Position numbers and translations under genes: made by a program. Below the pieces are notes generated by a model that saw only the letters and a list, made by a program, of their open reading frames with translations, was not told the origin of the DNA and did no database searches. A stretch of DNA of 64,000 nt, taken from the NCBI GenBank assembly GCA_030295235.1, contig AP026125.1, forward strand, positions 2,108,001 to 2,172,000, read 5' to 3'. Below, piece by piece: positions 1 to 11,100 of the stretch (its first letter is position 1; each line of letters opens with the position of its first letter). The DNA comes from Fistulifera solaris. Taxonomy: Eukaryota.

Positions 1-283
1 AATGATGAAGCGTCTTGATTTACCGCTTCTGGAAACTATATCTAGATGGCTCAGAATATCCATTGTACTTTTTTTTCGGTGTTTGGGGGCTACCGATCCC
101 TTTCCGGCAAAGACTTTCGTATGTGATAGGGCGACCGATCCATCCGCCCAGCCACGCAAACGGCGACGAGGAGCATGTTCGAGCCATGCAAGATCTCTTT
201 GTCAAGAACTAGAAAGAATATTTAATCGACACAAGGAGGCATATGGATGGGGACACAAGACGCTAAAGCTTTTAAAAGAGTAG
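1..283 (+). CDS. 3' end of diacylglycerol acyltransferase 2 (DAGAT/DGAT2-MOGAT family) protein, partial, frameshifted
   Basis: Joining ORFs 2..283 and 15..212 gives ...SRWLRISIVLFFGVWGLPIPFRQRLSYVIGRPI...QDLFVKELERIFNRHKEAYG, typical of a DGAT2 C-terminus; frame changes at the T-run ~68-76 and the A-run ~204. Confidence 0.75.
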   Translation, partial: MMKRLDLPLLETISRWLRISIVLFFRCLGATDPFPAKTFVCDRATDPSAQPRKRRRGACSSHARSLCQELERIFNRHKEAYGWGHKTLKLLKE

Positions 284-496
284 CTTCTAAATTTCTATTT
301 AACTGGAATAATAGCTTGATTGTAGCTCAACACATGACGCAAATGTCAAATCGAGACTTGTGCACCATAGAATCATGTGTCGTAATAGCATCGATGTATA
401 GCCTTTTAAATTTGAGGTGAGCTTAGCATGATGTTGTGAGCGGCCCGTGTTTTTGAATCTCTGATAACGCGATAGTGAAAAGCTTGTAGCGGACGC

Positions 497-1756
497 TTAC
501 ACTCGCATAGTAGAAATTCCAGTAGATGACATGTTAGTGACAGAGTTCGTCCTCTTCGCAACAAGTTCCATACTCTGGAAAAGACGCGAAAGGTCAATGA
601 TGGATTCTTCGTAGTACCCACTATCTTCTTTTGATCGACGGTCTTCAATCAAATCCGGAGCTGTCAAAATACCATCGTCCAGCGGAATACTGTGCGGCGG
701 TGCGGTGCTCCGGTATAACAAAACACGGAATTCGAGAGAAACGCGAGTCGCATCAGTGGTATTTGCTACATCGAAATGAATGCATCGAGACCCGTCAAAG
801 ATATAACCCAGACCAGCGGATTTGGCTATCAAAGGATGCCAGTCTTCACGTCCGGGATGAGATTCAACATAAAGCGCATTGGTTCCGAAGGAAGGTGTCA
901 GCGGGACATGGAACTTCAGACAGCCAATACTGTGTCCTGAGGCCAGATCGCAGGTAGGTGAGAGAAGCTGTGTGTGCGATCCAGGTACATGAACGTGGAT
1001 TGTGGGGAAAGCCTGATATCGATAGACGATACATCCCGAAGAATTTGAATTGACGTGTAGCATTCGCTTCGATATTGCCATTTCATGGAGGAGTGGTATG
1101 CAAAAAGAATTTACGAAATTTTCGTAGGCGGAATGAATGCGTTCCCTAATCCCCGCTTGACTTAATTTGAATTGCAAATCCGAACATGGCTCTCCGCCAT
1201 ATACCTTGTGAAGACTAGCAAGATCGGTAACTCCTAATGTTGAAGCAATAATCTCATGGAGAGGATGGGTATGCGTATCAAAAAGAAACACTCTCTCTCC
1301 TCTCAAAGCAGTGTAAGGCACGCCCATTGAACTTGCTATCGATGCGTGCACCGCGTCGACTTTAAAAACGGTTCCATGAGCTTTCTTAGACCAGAATCAT
1401 GAAAGTCTGGTGATTGCAAGGCACCGTCTGTGTATTTTAAAATAGCTGTAGCAAGAGCAAGGTTGTCCTCATCGTCGGTGACAACACTCTGATCTGATTC
1501 CGAAGTTGTCACGCAGGATGCAAATGAACCTTCGGAGAAGGTACTGAAGCCTTCTGATAAGCTAGCAAAGACAGACTTGCTTCGACTCATTCCAAGGCCT
1601 CCAACGCTACTCTCTATTGATATTTGATTCATCGTGCCAATCCGATTCAAAGCTCCGAGCAAGTCGACACGCACTAAATTAGAGAATTTCCTTTGCGATG
1701 ATGGATTCGATGATTGAAGGGCTGCTTGCAAGAGCTTCTGGCTTGCTCTCGGTCAT
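497..1756 (-). CDS. 2OG-Fe(II) oxygenase/PhyH-fold (StrG-like) protein with acidic Ser-rich N-terminal extension; start uncertain, frameshifted
   Basis: ORF 497..1351 has YQAFPTIHVHVPG...FHVPLTPSFGTNALYVESHPGREDW...FDGSRCIHFDVANTTDATRVSLEFR; ORF 1336..1731 abuts in another frame; candidate ATG at 1756 (MTESKPEA). Confidence 0.55.
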
Positions 1757-2654
1757 CCCGATGTTGATAGAAGTGATTTTGCGGTGATGGCGATGTTGAA
1801 AACGTTGATCGGTTCGTCGGGAAATGTCGAAAACCATCGAGAAAATGAAATGGCCACCTTTCGTGATTTTTTTTTGTGCGCATCATCGCAGCCATCAACG
1901 ATAGGAGTGACGCCTACAGTACGGAAGACATCAAACGGAAAAAGCTCACGTTGGGCTTGATTTCTTCAGTAATAATCAATGACGTCATGTCGAAAGAACA
2001 TTATTATTTCCGTATTTCACTGTAGTTGATAAAGTACTGGTAGATTGATTTTCCGTCGCTGACTGTAGGAGTGTCAATAAAGTTTAAACACCACGTGAGC
2101 AGAGACTCACTTCACATTTAAACCAGAAAATTAGCGTATCAAAACTAACGGTCCGATTTAAGCACTCCATCTTTGCGTTTCGTGGAGAGCGGAGGGGTCG
2201 ACGTCATTGGAATTCCACAGCAACCGGTACTCAAGTTTAACCTTGACTGAGTGTCCGTGACTCAAACTAAGGACCCGGAAATTGGTGGTTGAAGCGGATC
2301 ATGTCGTGCTTCGATCTGTTCGACTGAGTATAAGGCAAAGTGTAGTACAGGCATCGCTGTCGCACTGTTACTATGTCACATTTTTGCTTTTCGATTGATT
2401 CGTGCTCTGCACCTCAACATCTGCCATTGCACGTCTCCATGGGATCTTTGCTGTCTTTGACGTTCAACTCAAGTTAATAGCAGCTTTCTTTTCAAGCCCT
2501 GCACTTCGAGACTCGTTGCGGGTAAAGCAATCACTTATTTCATCGACGAACGACGTCCTTAGCCGTTTACTGCCTCGTTTTTGAGGGTCAAAAACTCTCG
2601 CAGAAGCGTTTTCGAAACAAAAGAGATCAATTGAGCGTTCGTTTGCTCAAGGTC

Positions 2655-3937
2655 ATGTCTGGCCCTGTTGAAATACAATATCAAGGTGGACCTATGACGA
2701 CCGTAAACCCCAATCAACCTGTCTTGCGACGTGCGACGTATGTTTCGGTCGCAGATTTGATATCCCCTTACCGAATTGAACCGGCTGCCCTCGAAGAAGA
2801 ACTCAACAGGCTCAAAGATCAGCAGCAGAAAACCAATGAAGAACCGGAAGCGCTCCATTACGATGGAGTACCTACAGAACTCGATACTAGTTTGTCACAA
2901 AAACGGCTCCAGCCGCCTCGTGGAGGCTTCAATTTGTGCTTGTAAGTAGTCGAAAAGGAAAATTTTTTCTGCACTTACTTTGGTCTCAATTTTTCCATGT
3001 TTCTAATGTCTTTCACAGACTGGTGGGCAGTGTCGAAGTTGTTGTGGACAAGAATCGCGTAGATGGCTCCCGTGTTCGATTGGCGGAAGTTTTAGTTGGA
3101 GATGAAACAGGTTGCGTCTCGCTTCGTGCGCGAGATGAGCAGATTGATATTTTGAAAGAGGTTTCCCAGCGTTCGGGAGCTGTTGTCCTCCGGAATAGTA
3201 CTTTAGAGCTATTTCAAGGGCGTCATATACGGCTGGCAGTCACCAAATGGGGAAAGATGAGTGTGTATCCCGATCAGATTGCCAGCACCCCTGCACCCCC
3301 TCAGAAAATGAACATGGATAGGAACTTTTCTATGATAGATCTGGTGCGAGTCGCATCCACTGGGAGTGAATTAGTGAAAAGCAGTGACCAAGAGGAGCAC
3401 CACAACGAGCAAAGTTATCAACAAAGTATGGCAGGTCGAGTACACATGAATCAGAGCCGTCGCGGAGGAGGAAACCGCCGAAATTCACCGCGTGGCGGTT
3501 CGTCCAGCGGATACTCTCCGCAGGGAATGCTGCAGCAGCAACATTTGCAGCAACAACTATACGCAGATGCTACTGCGCTTCAATATCCTCCACCAGGAGG
3601 CTTGCATGGTTATGGGACGAGGTATATGGACGGTGGGATGATGCAACAATATCCTGCTCACCACATGATGCAGCATCACGGTTATGACGCGGTACATACG
3701 CAAATGCCAATGTATCATTTATCACAAGGTCGCCATCATGTCGATGTGTCATCCGCCATGTCAGCTGGACCCTACCGGCAAGACATGCACGGAAATTTGC
3801 CGCAGTCATTCATGACTACTCCTGCTGCGCTTTACTCTCGCGACCCTAACGAAGCCAGGGCACATAACTATGATCCCACTTCGTCTCCTAGGATGAACCC
3901 CCGCGCCACGACGTTTGATCCTGCACCCAAAACGTGA
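2655..3937 (+). CDS. OB-fold nucleic-acid-binding protein with low-complexity Q/H/G/M/Y-rich tail; 2 exons
   Basis: Exon1 2655-2941, GT-AG intron 2942-3018, exon2 in frame; RLAEVLVGDETGCVSLRARDEQ...LRNSTLELFQGRHIRLAVTKWG matches the small SSB/RPA-like OB family. Confidence 0.8.
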
Positions 3938-4141
3938 GCACGCACTTTGTGCTTTGTGACGTATTCAATGAAATGTGACGAGGACTTAATCGATGCAATT
4001 TTTCATATTTGACAGCGACCGTTTTCCCAGACACATGCAAAGCGATTTTACTTTAACAATAATTTATATTTTTCAAAACTGCCTTAGTTAATGATGTTGC
4101 TCACATTGCACGCTGCTCAAAAATATCATCCTTGTGTTTGG

Positions 4142-5302
4142 CTAGAGAGAATCTCGTCGTGTTAGCACCAGAAGATTGGGAATTGGACGACGTATAATAC
4201 ACGGGCAGCATGTTTTGTCCTTGGCGGCATATCTCGTCTGAAAGTCGATGGTCTTTTGTACATGACTTGTTGATTGTTGTAGCTTCTCTTGTTGCAATTG
4301 CTCTGATTTCGAATGTGCTAGCGCTAATTGTATCAATGCCTCCATAGCTTCCGGAACACCTTCTCCCGTAGCCGCACTCGCCTCACAGTGTTGCAGTCCA
4401 TTGCGACGACACCATAGCAAGACCATATCTCGATCTGGATTGGATTGGTCTTCCGAATTTAAAACCGAAGCCAGATACGACCAATCGTCGGTCCAATTTT
4501 CTCGATTGACTAAATAGGAGGAAATTTCCATGCGCCGCTTCGGTAGTTTCTTCAGATGACTTTGCGTGTATTGCGGTTGAGTTTGTTTCGACAACTGTGA
4601 GGAAAGCGACGAAGCCTTGGTGGGAGGAGTAACGTGATACTCGTAACGAAAATCATGCCCACGAAAATGTCCTCGCAATCCCATGACATCCCGTTGATGT
4701 ATCGAGGGCACGCGCCGTCTCAATGGCGAAGCTCCTCCTTGTACTGTTAAATCCAGTTTATTGCCAAGTACCAAAATCGGCAATGTTTGTTCGAGTTGCA
4801 ACAAATCAGCGTACCATTTTAGCAGTTGCTTGAACGAGGTACTGCTCGTGACATCATATACTAATAATACAGCATCCGCTGGTCGAAAGAACTCCTGTCG
4901 GAACGTTGCCGCACTCGAGTCGGCCGTCGGTTTATTCCGCGGATCCATGCGTTCACTGCCGGGCGTATCCCAACATTGCAAGGTCACGTGCGGATACACG
5001 CGACGCGTATAAAAATCGGCTCCCACCGTGGGTGTTCGTTCTGCATCGAAGCGCTGATGAAAGTAGCGGCGTAGTATAGACGTTTTCCCGGCCCCAGCAG
5101 ATCCGAGAACCTTGTTTGTATTGCAAGGAATGAAGATGCACTGTGTGAGAAAATTTTAAGAAAAAATAATGCGATCTTTATTTTGCAGTCTGTCTATAAT
5201 AACTTCCGTAAAGTGACACCAGAAGCACAAGCAAATGATTCAACGCACCAGACACTTTAATCGGACGGGCTTCTGAGAGGAAACGCTTGAATCTTTACTC
5301 AT
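4142..5302 (-). CDS. Rab-family small GTPase with long insertion; 2 exons
   Basis: Exon1 5302-5249 (MSKDSSVSSQKPVRLKCL), intron 5248-5111, then VLGSAGAGKTS (G1), PTVGADF (G2), WDTPG (G3), GNKLD (G4), EASA (G5). Confidence 0.85.
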
Positions 5303-5390
5303 TGCTTGATCTTATTGTTGTGCATGATTTATGTGCAAAAGCGAGGAGCACAATGGGCCGACGATCGAGAGATCTCATCACAGCAGACCC

Positions 5391-5695
5391 CCACTTTTTC
5401 TGGGAACGTGAAAATACCACGCTCTCTGAACACGTGAAAATACCACCCTCCCACATTTTCTGGTGACGTGAAAATACCACGCTCCCACATTTTCTGGGCA
5501 AGTGAGAATAACACACCCCACATTTTCTGGACACGTGACAATATATTACTCTCTCACATTTTCTGGACACGTGAAAATGCCACTCGCCCGCAGTTTCTGG
5601 GCACGTGAAAATACCAGCACTCCCCCACATTTTCTGGAAACGTAAAAATACCACGCCCCCACATTTTCTGGTGACGTGAAAGACACACCCGTCAC
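5391..5695. repeat. ~35-bp minisatellite, ~9 degenerate copies, consensus CCACATTTTCTGGNNACGTGAAAATACCACGCTC
   Basis: Unit recurs directly at ~5391, 5451, 5485, 5518, 5555, 5625, 5659 etc. Confidence 0.9.
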
Positions 5696-5781
5696 ATACC
5701 AGTATCTCTTTCCCCAGCCAACCCGTTTGATTCGGAAGACTACGTAACTTGTCCTTTCGTTTGTGAACTATAATTAGATAT

Positions 5782-6410
5782 ATGGACTCTGCAGCAGCAA
5801 TACCGGCAGAGCCGCCGAAACACATTCGCGTCATTCCGTTTGCCGTCGCTGTGCCTCCCGAACTCTTGGGCCCTCGCGCTTTGGATGTGTCGGGAGTGGT
5901 GGGGACGCTGACATTGTTGGGTGACAAATCCGTCATGGTGTGGTTTGGTTTGGGTCAAGTACAGGCCAAAGACGAATCAAATACGGCGGAGACGGCGGTT
6001 GTCGGAAAAGGTATGTTTTCATGCTCTATGTGTTTTATTGTTCAATTTTAAACACAGCATCCAAGGAAATCTTTCTTATTTACATTTTTAACTCTCATAA
6101 TTCATTCGACTATCCTATGGTAGCACTGCAGCGACCCATGGGACCCTTAATGCTTGCCATGCCGCGATCTCGGTACCAAGGAGCTTTCGGTTCCGAAACA
6201 CCCATCACCAAATTAATAGGACACGAACAAGAAGATACGGAACTACTGGCAGGGAAAATGGCTGCGCGATTGACACAACGTGTACAGAAAGCGGTTTTTG
6301 TGTCGTGTGATTTAGAGCCGGCTACAAACGGAAGTTTGAATCAAAAGTTGCAGCAAACGGTTGCGGCTCTGGCGGAAAAGGAGGTCTATCGGATATTACA
6401 AACGTCATGA
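5782..6410 (+). CDS. Proteasome assembly chaperone 4 (PAC4/PSMG4)-like; 2 exons
   Basis: Exon1 5782-6010, intron 6011-6123; SVMVWFG...MGPLMLAMP...TKLIG...MAARLTQRVQKAVFVSCDL...ALAEKEVYRIL fits the PAC4 pattern. Confidence 0.7.
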
Positions 6411-6575
6411 GAAAGAGAGGAAGATTGCATCTACAAAGATATTGTATTCATCAGTAACTAATAAAAGCTAATTTGGAAACATCTTTATCGTTATCGGTAA
6501 TGTTTGAATATTACAAGCCTGTTTCAGACACTGCATGTGTGTGTCCTCCTACAACTCCCACCTAATCTTGATCCT

Positions 6576-7273
6576 TTAAGGAATGTCATCGACAATACGA
6601 TCTGGTACATAGACAGTCATGCCGTCCATTTCTTTCGTCAACACTACCGCGGAAGCCAGTCGACTGCCTGCAAAGATTTCATCCCAATCCCAGTGATCTT
6701 CCAACATTTGCTCTTCAATGGGTGTCTTTCGCACAGCCTGATCGGATCCTTTTCCCACCAAAACAACATGATCGTATCCGGACGTTGTACCTTCCCCAAA
6801 AGTGGGTTCCGTCCACTGATCGGTGCGCAGAACTTCCGGGGCGCCGCCCACACTGGAAGGGCCAATGTCAATGCCTTGCATATCGCAAATTTCTGTCAGA
6901 GTTTTGCCTGTGTGCAGAAAGAAAGAATGGCAGATTCAGTGACATGTGTCGTAAAATAGTGCCGAGAAAGATCGGTAACTTGTAGCGAGAGTTGTTTTGC
7001 ATAGTCGAGCAAGCCGAACGCCCTCCTTCTTGAGCACCTCGAATAAAAAGCGTCGTTTTATTTACTCAATGCATTTCTCAGCATTCGCTTCTACGAAATA
7101 AGAACACACGTACCAACCAGTCCTTTGACTTTTCGTCGTGCACCACTGGGATCCACAAACGTTAAATCGATCAACAAGTCTTTGACCGACGGAGCAGCAG
7201 AACTCAAACAAGCCCGCGTCACCCGAAATGTGCGCGCTTGCGATACTGTTTTCGATACGACGGAACGGAACAT
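6576..7273 (-). CDS. Mitochondrial adrenodoxin/ferredoxin-fold protein lacking cluster cysteines; 2 exons
   Basis: Arg/Ser-rich presequence; exon1 7273-7114, intron 7113-6908; LTFVDPSGARRKVKGLVGKTL...HV...EEQMLE...SRLASAVVLTKEMDGMTVYVP follows the adrenodoxin pattern. Confidence 0.75.
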
Positions 7274-7424
7274 TGCTTATTATCTGTAAATTGATGAAAT
7301 AGACTATGCTTTGTTAAGAACGGCAACTCCTTTGCAATACACACAATAATAAACCTTTCATCTGCCTTTCATCGCAACAAAACAAGGCCCAAATGCACGG
7401 ACGCATGACAGACTTATTCAGTCT

Positions 7425-7489
7425 CAATATCCGGGTACCCCCTCTGTCGATAAATTTCCCCACGGGGCCTACGTATAACCCACGTAGAC
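7425..7489 (-). promoter_or_regulatory. Dispersed ~65-bp ACGT-hairpin element, copy 1
   Basis: Reverse complement reads GTCTACGTGGGTTATACGTAGGCCCCGTGGGGAAATTTATCGACAGAGG...ACCCGGATATTG, matching copies at 40618, 40834, 51785, 52007; regulatory role inferred. Confidence 0.6.
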
Positions 7490-8148
7490 ATTCGTCACAT
7501 TGCATCTTTCATGCTTTCTACAAAATGCAGACAAATATTGTCGATTATCGTTTACTGGCATGCAATATTCATGTAGGGGAAAACGAAGATGGCATTGGTG
7601 CACGGTGTGATCGCAATTGTCGCCGTTCCATTTGTTTTCCGTAAGTGGCGCGTTACTGAAATGCAGTCACGGTCTGGTAAAACCAACACATCGATCCTAT
7701 AGTGACCCTGCAGTCAACGATCCGAAAGCTTTTCGAAGGCTTTGATCAAAATCTTGCGTCTCATTTAGCTAGACCTATCTTGACGAGTCTCTCCATTGAT
7801 TATACGTTTTAAGCTATCATTTGTGGCCCTCTTCACGACCCCGTCACAAGTTTGCATTCATGACTGAAATGCAGTCGTGGTAAAAGTAATATACAGTTTG
7901 GGTATATACTGCGGTGTCGTTCGGACATTTAGCGGTATTTGCGGTACAAAGTCTTCGGGATCGCGTCGGTTGCGCCTTGATTTTGATCTCCTTCCATTTT
8001 CCTTTGGCCTTTTCGACCATGGAAGGAGAACGAAGCATTGTTTCTGAAAGACACCCACATAACATCAAAGCACGTTTTTATTTACAAGAGCTTGTAAAGG
8101 TTTTCGATCAGCACATATGCACGATTCACCCGCAAACGTAGCAACACT

Positions 8149-11100
8149 ATGACAACACAATCGCAACAACAACAGCAACAACAACGCGCGGAAGAAGAAT
8201 TAAAAGGATTTCGTGCTTGGTTACAAAGCTTGTCGTGGGAACATTTGCGCGATGCATCTTCTATTGCGTATCCGTGTCATCCGCAAACCCGGAAAAGGCA
8301 TCATGAACTGGATCTTCTGCAGGAAATGCTGGATTTGCAACCGCCTCCGCCGACTCCCATTCACGCCAAAGCGATTCCCTATCGACCCATGGCAGCGAGT
8401 TACTCTTGTACGGATGGGAGAAATCAAGACGAATTGAGATTTCGGGGACGTTTTCGGAGGCCGTCGTGGTTTCAGTGGGAACAGCAACAGGAAAGTGCGC
8501 GTAACAAACGAAGTGGAGTGACTCGCTATCACGTCTATCAAAAGCGATTTGTGCAACCCGACGGGGCAGTTTATACACTCGGCTGTACGGAGCGACAGTG
8601 TCGTGCCGATGAGGAACTACTACGTCTTTGTGTTTTCGTGGAACCGATCGCCGAGTCGACCACGTACATTCAATTGGACGGAAAATTCGATCCTTCTCGC
8701 ATTCTTCAAATATTGCATATTGTTTCAAGAGGCGGATTTGCATCGATACCGCCGCCCAAGTCCAACACACAATCCCCGTGGCTGGATCCCACACAACGAT
8801 GGTTTTCGTTACCCATGTTTTTAGCGAGTCGCTTGGAATTGGCGCTCTGGAAGTCGTATAGAGAGAACAAGTTACCGCATATATCGTGTTGGCCGCGGAC
8901 ACTGAAGCAAGAGCTCACTGCGGCAGAAATATTTAACATTGTTGCGACAGTGGCTACGCAGTTTTTGAAACAGCACTTGCAATCGACACACGAACAGATA
9001 TCAACACTCATGGACAGCGTTCTGTGGAAAGCTTTGGTAGACGGACCAGGAATACTTCAATGGAATGTTCACTTTGGTTCTTTGTCGGAGGATTCTCTCT
9101 TGGATAGTTTGATCCGGCAGCCTTTGGTGGCACCGTTTGATTCGAACGTATTGAACGAATTTCGACAAGCGGCAAAAGAGGCATTGTATCAGGAGTTTTT
9201 GAACGCCACGGAGCGATCATTGATCATGGATGCTTCCGCGGATTCGAAACCTAACAAGAACAAGTCTGTTACAAAGAAAACGAAACGCCGCAACAAAAAG
9301 AAGCTGTCAGCAACAACAAGTTCCGTGGTTTCTCCTTCAGTGGTCACGGACGATCTATCAAGTCCGAATTCGGATGATTCACTAGTAAGCCAAAATGAAG
9401 GCAAAGATGAGACTTTGGAAGAATTTCTCTTTGCAAGTACTTTCGACTACCCAGACAACGGCACATCAGCGCGTGATCGCAACAAAAACATTGTCACAGC
9501 TCTTGGCATTCTAGATAGTGTTCTCGATAACGTGTTTTCAAAGGCTGGTCTGGAACCGGGTATTGAAACCTTTGAAGAGGGTGAGGAGGACCTGCTACGC
9601 TTGCCTGTTGCCACAGCCGGCGATGACAATGCGAAGTCGGGAGATGGTGATGAGCGATTACAAGTGAACATAACCGTGGACGAGCCAGCTATCCCTTCAA
9701 ACACTGGAAGCGTCACGTCTATTCCTGAGGGTTCATCACTGTCTCATTTCCCCGCAAACCCATCTGAAGAGTTTTTGTCCGGTAGTTATCAGCGATTTGA
9801 TCCTTCAGGGATAACGGTTGGTCTTTCCGAGAGAGAGGTGGATGAATGGAGTAAACAGAGTGGTTATGTGGATCGAAACGAGAGTATTCTCGAGGAATTT
9901 TTCCAGTCACAAAAGCATGCTGCATCTGAAAATGGGCAAATAGAGGCATCATCAACGGCAGCCTCGCTTGCTTCTTCGTGCAACGACGAACATTTGGAAG
10001 TATCCTTTTCAAAGGACTTTGCCACGGAGGAGAGTCACCCTTTCGATAAAACCACCATAAAGGAAATAGTCCAAGAGACCATTTACGAAGACGTTACCGA
10101 AAAGGTTACCCACGGGAACTCGGATGACGATGCAGAGTTTTTCGTTCCACTTCAAGAAAGTGAACCGTTGCTGTCGCAGGATTCGCCTTTCGAACAAGAT
10201 GTAGCGGAGACTGGGGGCACTGACGACGAATCACTGTCGCCTCCATCGACGCCCTCGCCTCGCTTGTCGCCGATTCTCATCACACTTTCTGATATTAGTC
10301 GGATGCAGAAAGAGAGCGCCGAGGTCTCAACGCTTGAAGACTCTTCCAAGATATGTGCGCGCTCTGTTTCCTCGGCTGTGGTTCAGAGTGTGTCGGCTAA
10401 AGAGCGCATGCTGGGATTGCCAAAAGTTACCTCTTCGCGGTCGATTGATGGGAGTAGGAACTCGGCTTTCCATGAGTTTGAGAAACGAAGCATTCAAAAT
10501 GAGATCGCCCCGCTTTCTCCTTCACTGTGGCGGACTCGCCAAACGTTCGCTAACACTAAACGGGCACGGGATGACCAAGACATTAGGATCAAAGGACATC
10601 ATCGCAAGTCTGTAGATGTTCTTTCGACCTATCGCAATGCGGTTGCGAGACCACTTACAGCACGCGATGATCACGACATTGAGCCTTTAAGGACAGGTCA
10701 CAAAAGCACGCCGTACAAGTCCGTTCTTCCTAAAGCACCTGCAAGATCTGTTTCGTATTCCAAGATGAATGACGCCTTTAGATCGCCATACAATCACCTT
10801 CAGATTGAGGCTGGATGGTGGAAAGCCAAGCAAACGAAGAAAACAGGGGCACGAAGTGAAACATCGCTGGATATTCAAGACGATTACCAAAATTGGCCCG
10901 ACTTGAGACAATCCCTAGAACGTGACGACGGAGACAACAATACAAAAGATGGCTCGACAACTATCACTTCTGCTCTTTCCAATAAAGATGCCGAAGACGT
11001 GTCAGCGCTTCGGGAGGAGCGCGATGCTTACAGAGATATGTGTCTTACCCTTGGTGCCGAGGTGGCGAAATTGAAGAATGTGCTTGCTGCTCAGAAATCG

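Noticed and set aside
1980..1987. TGACGTCA (CRE/aureo-box) palindromes at 1980 and 28477 in divergent promoters
   Set aside because: An 8-mer is expected about once per 64 kb by chance; two hits are not persuasive alone
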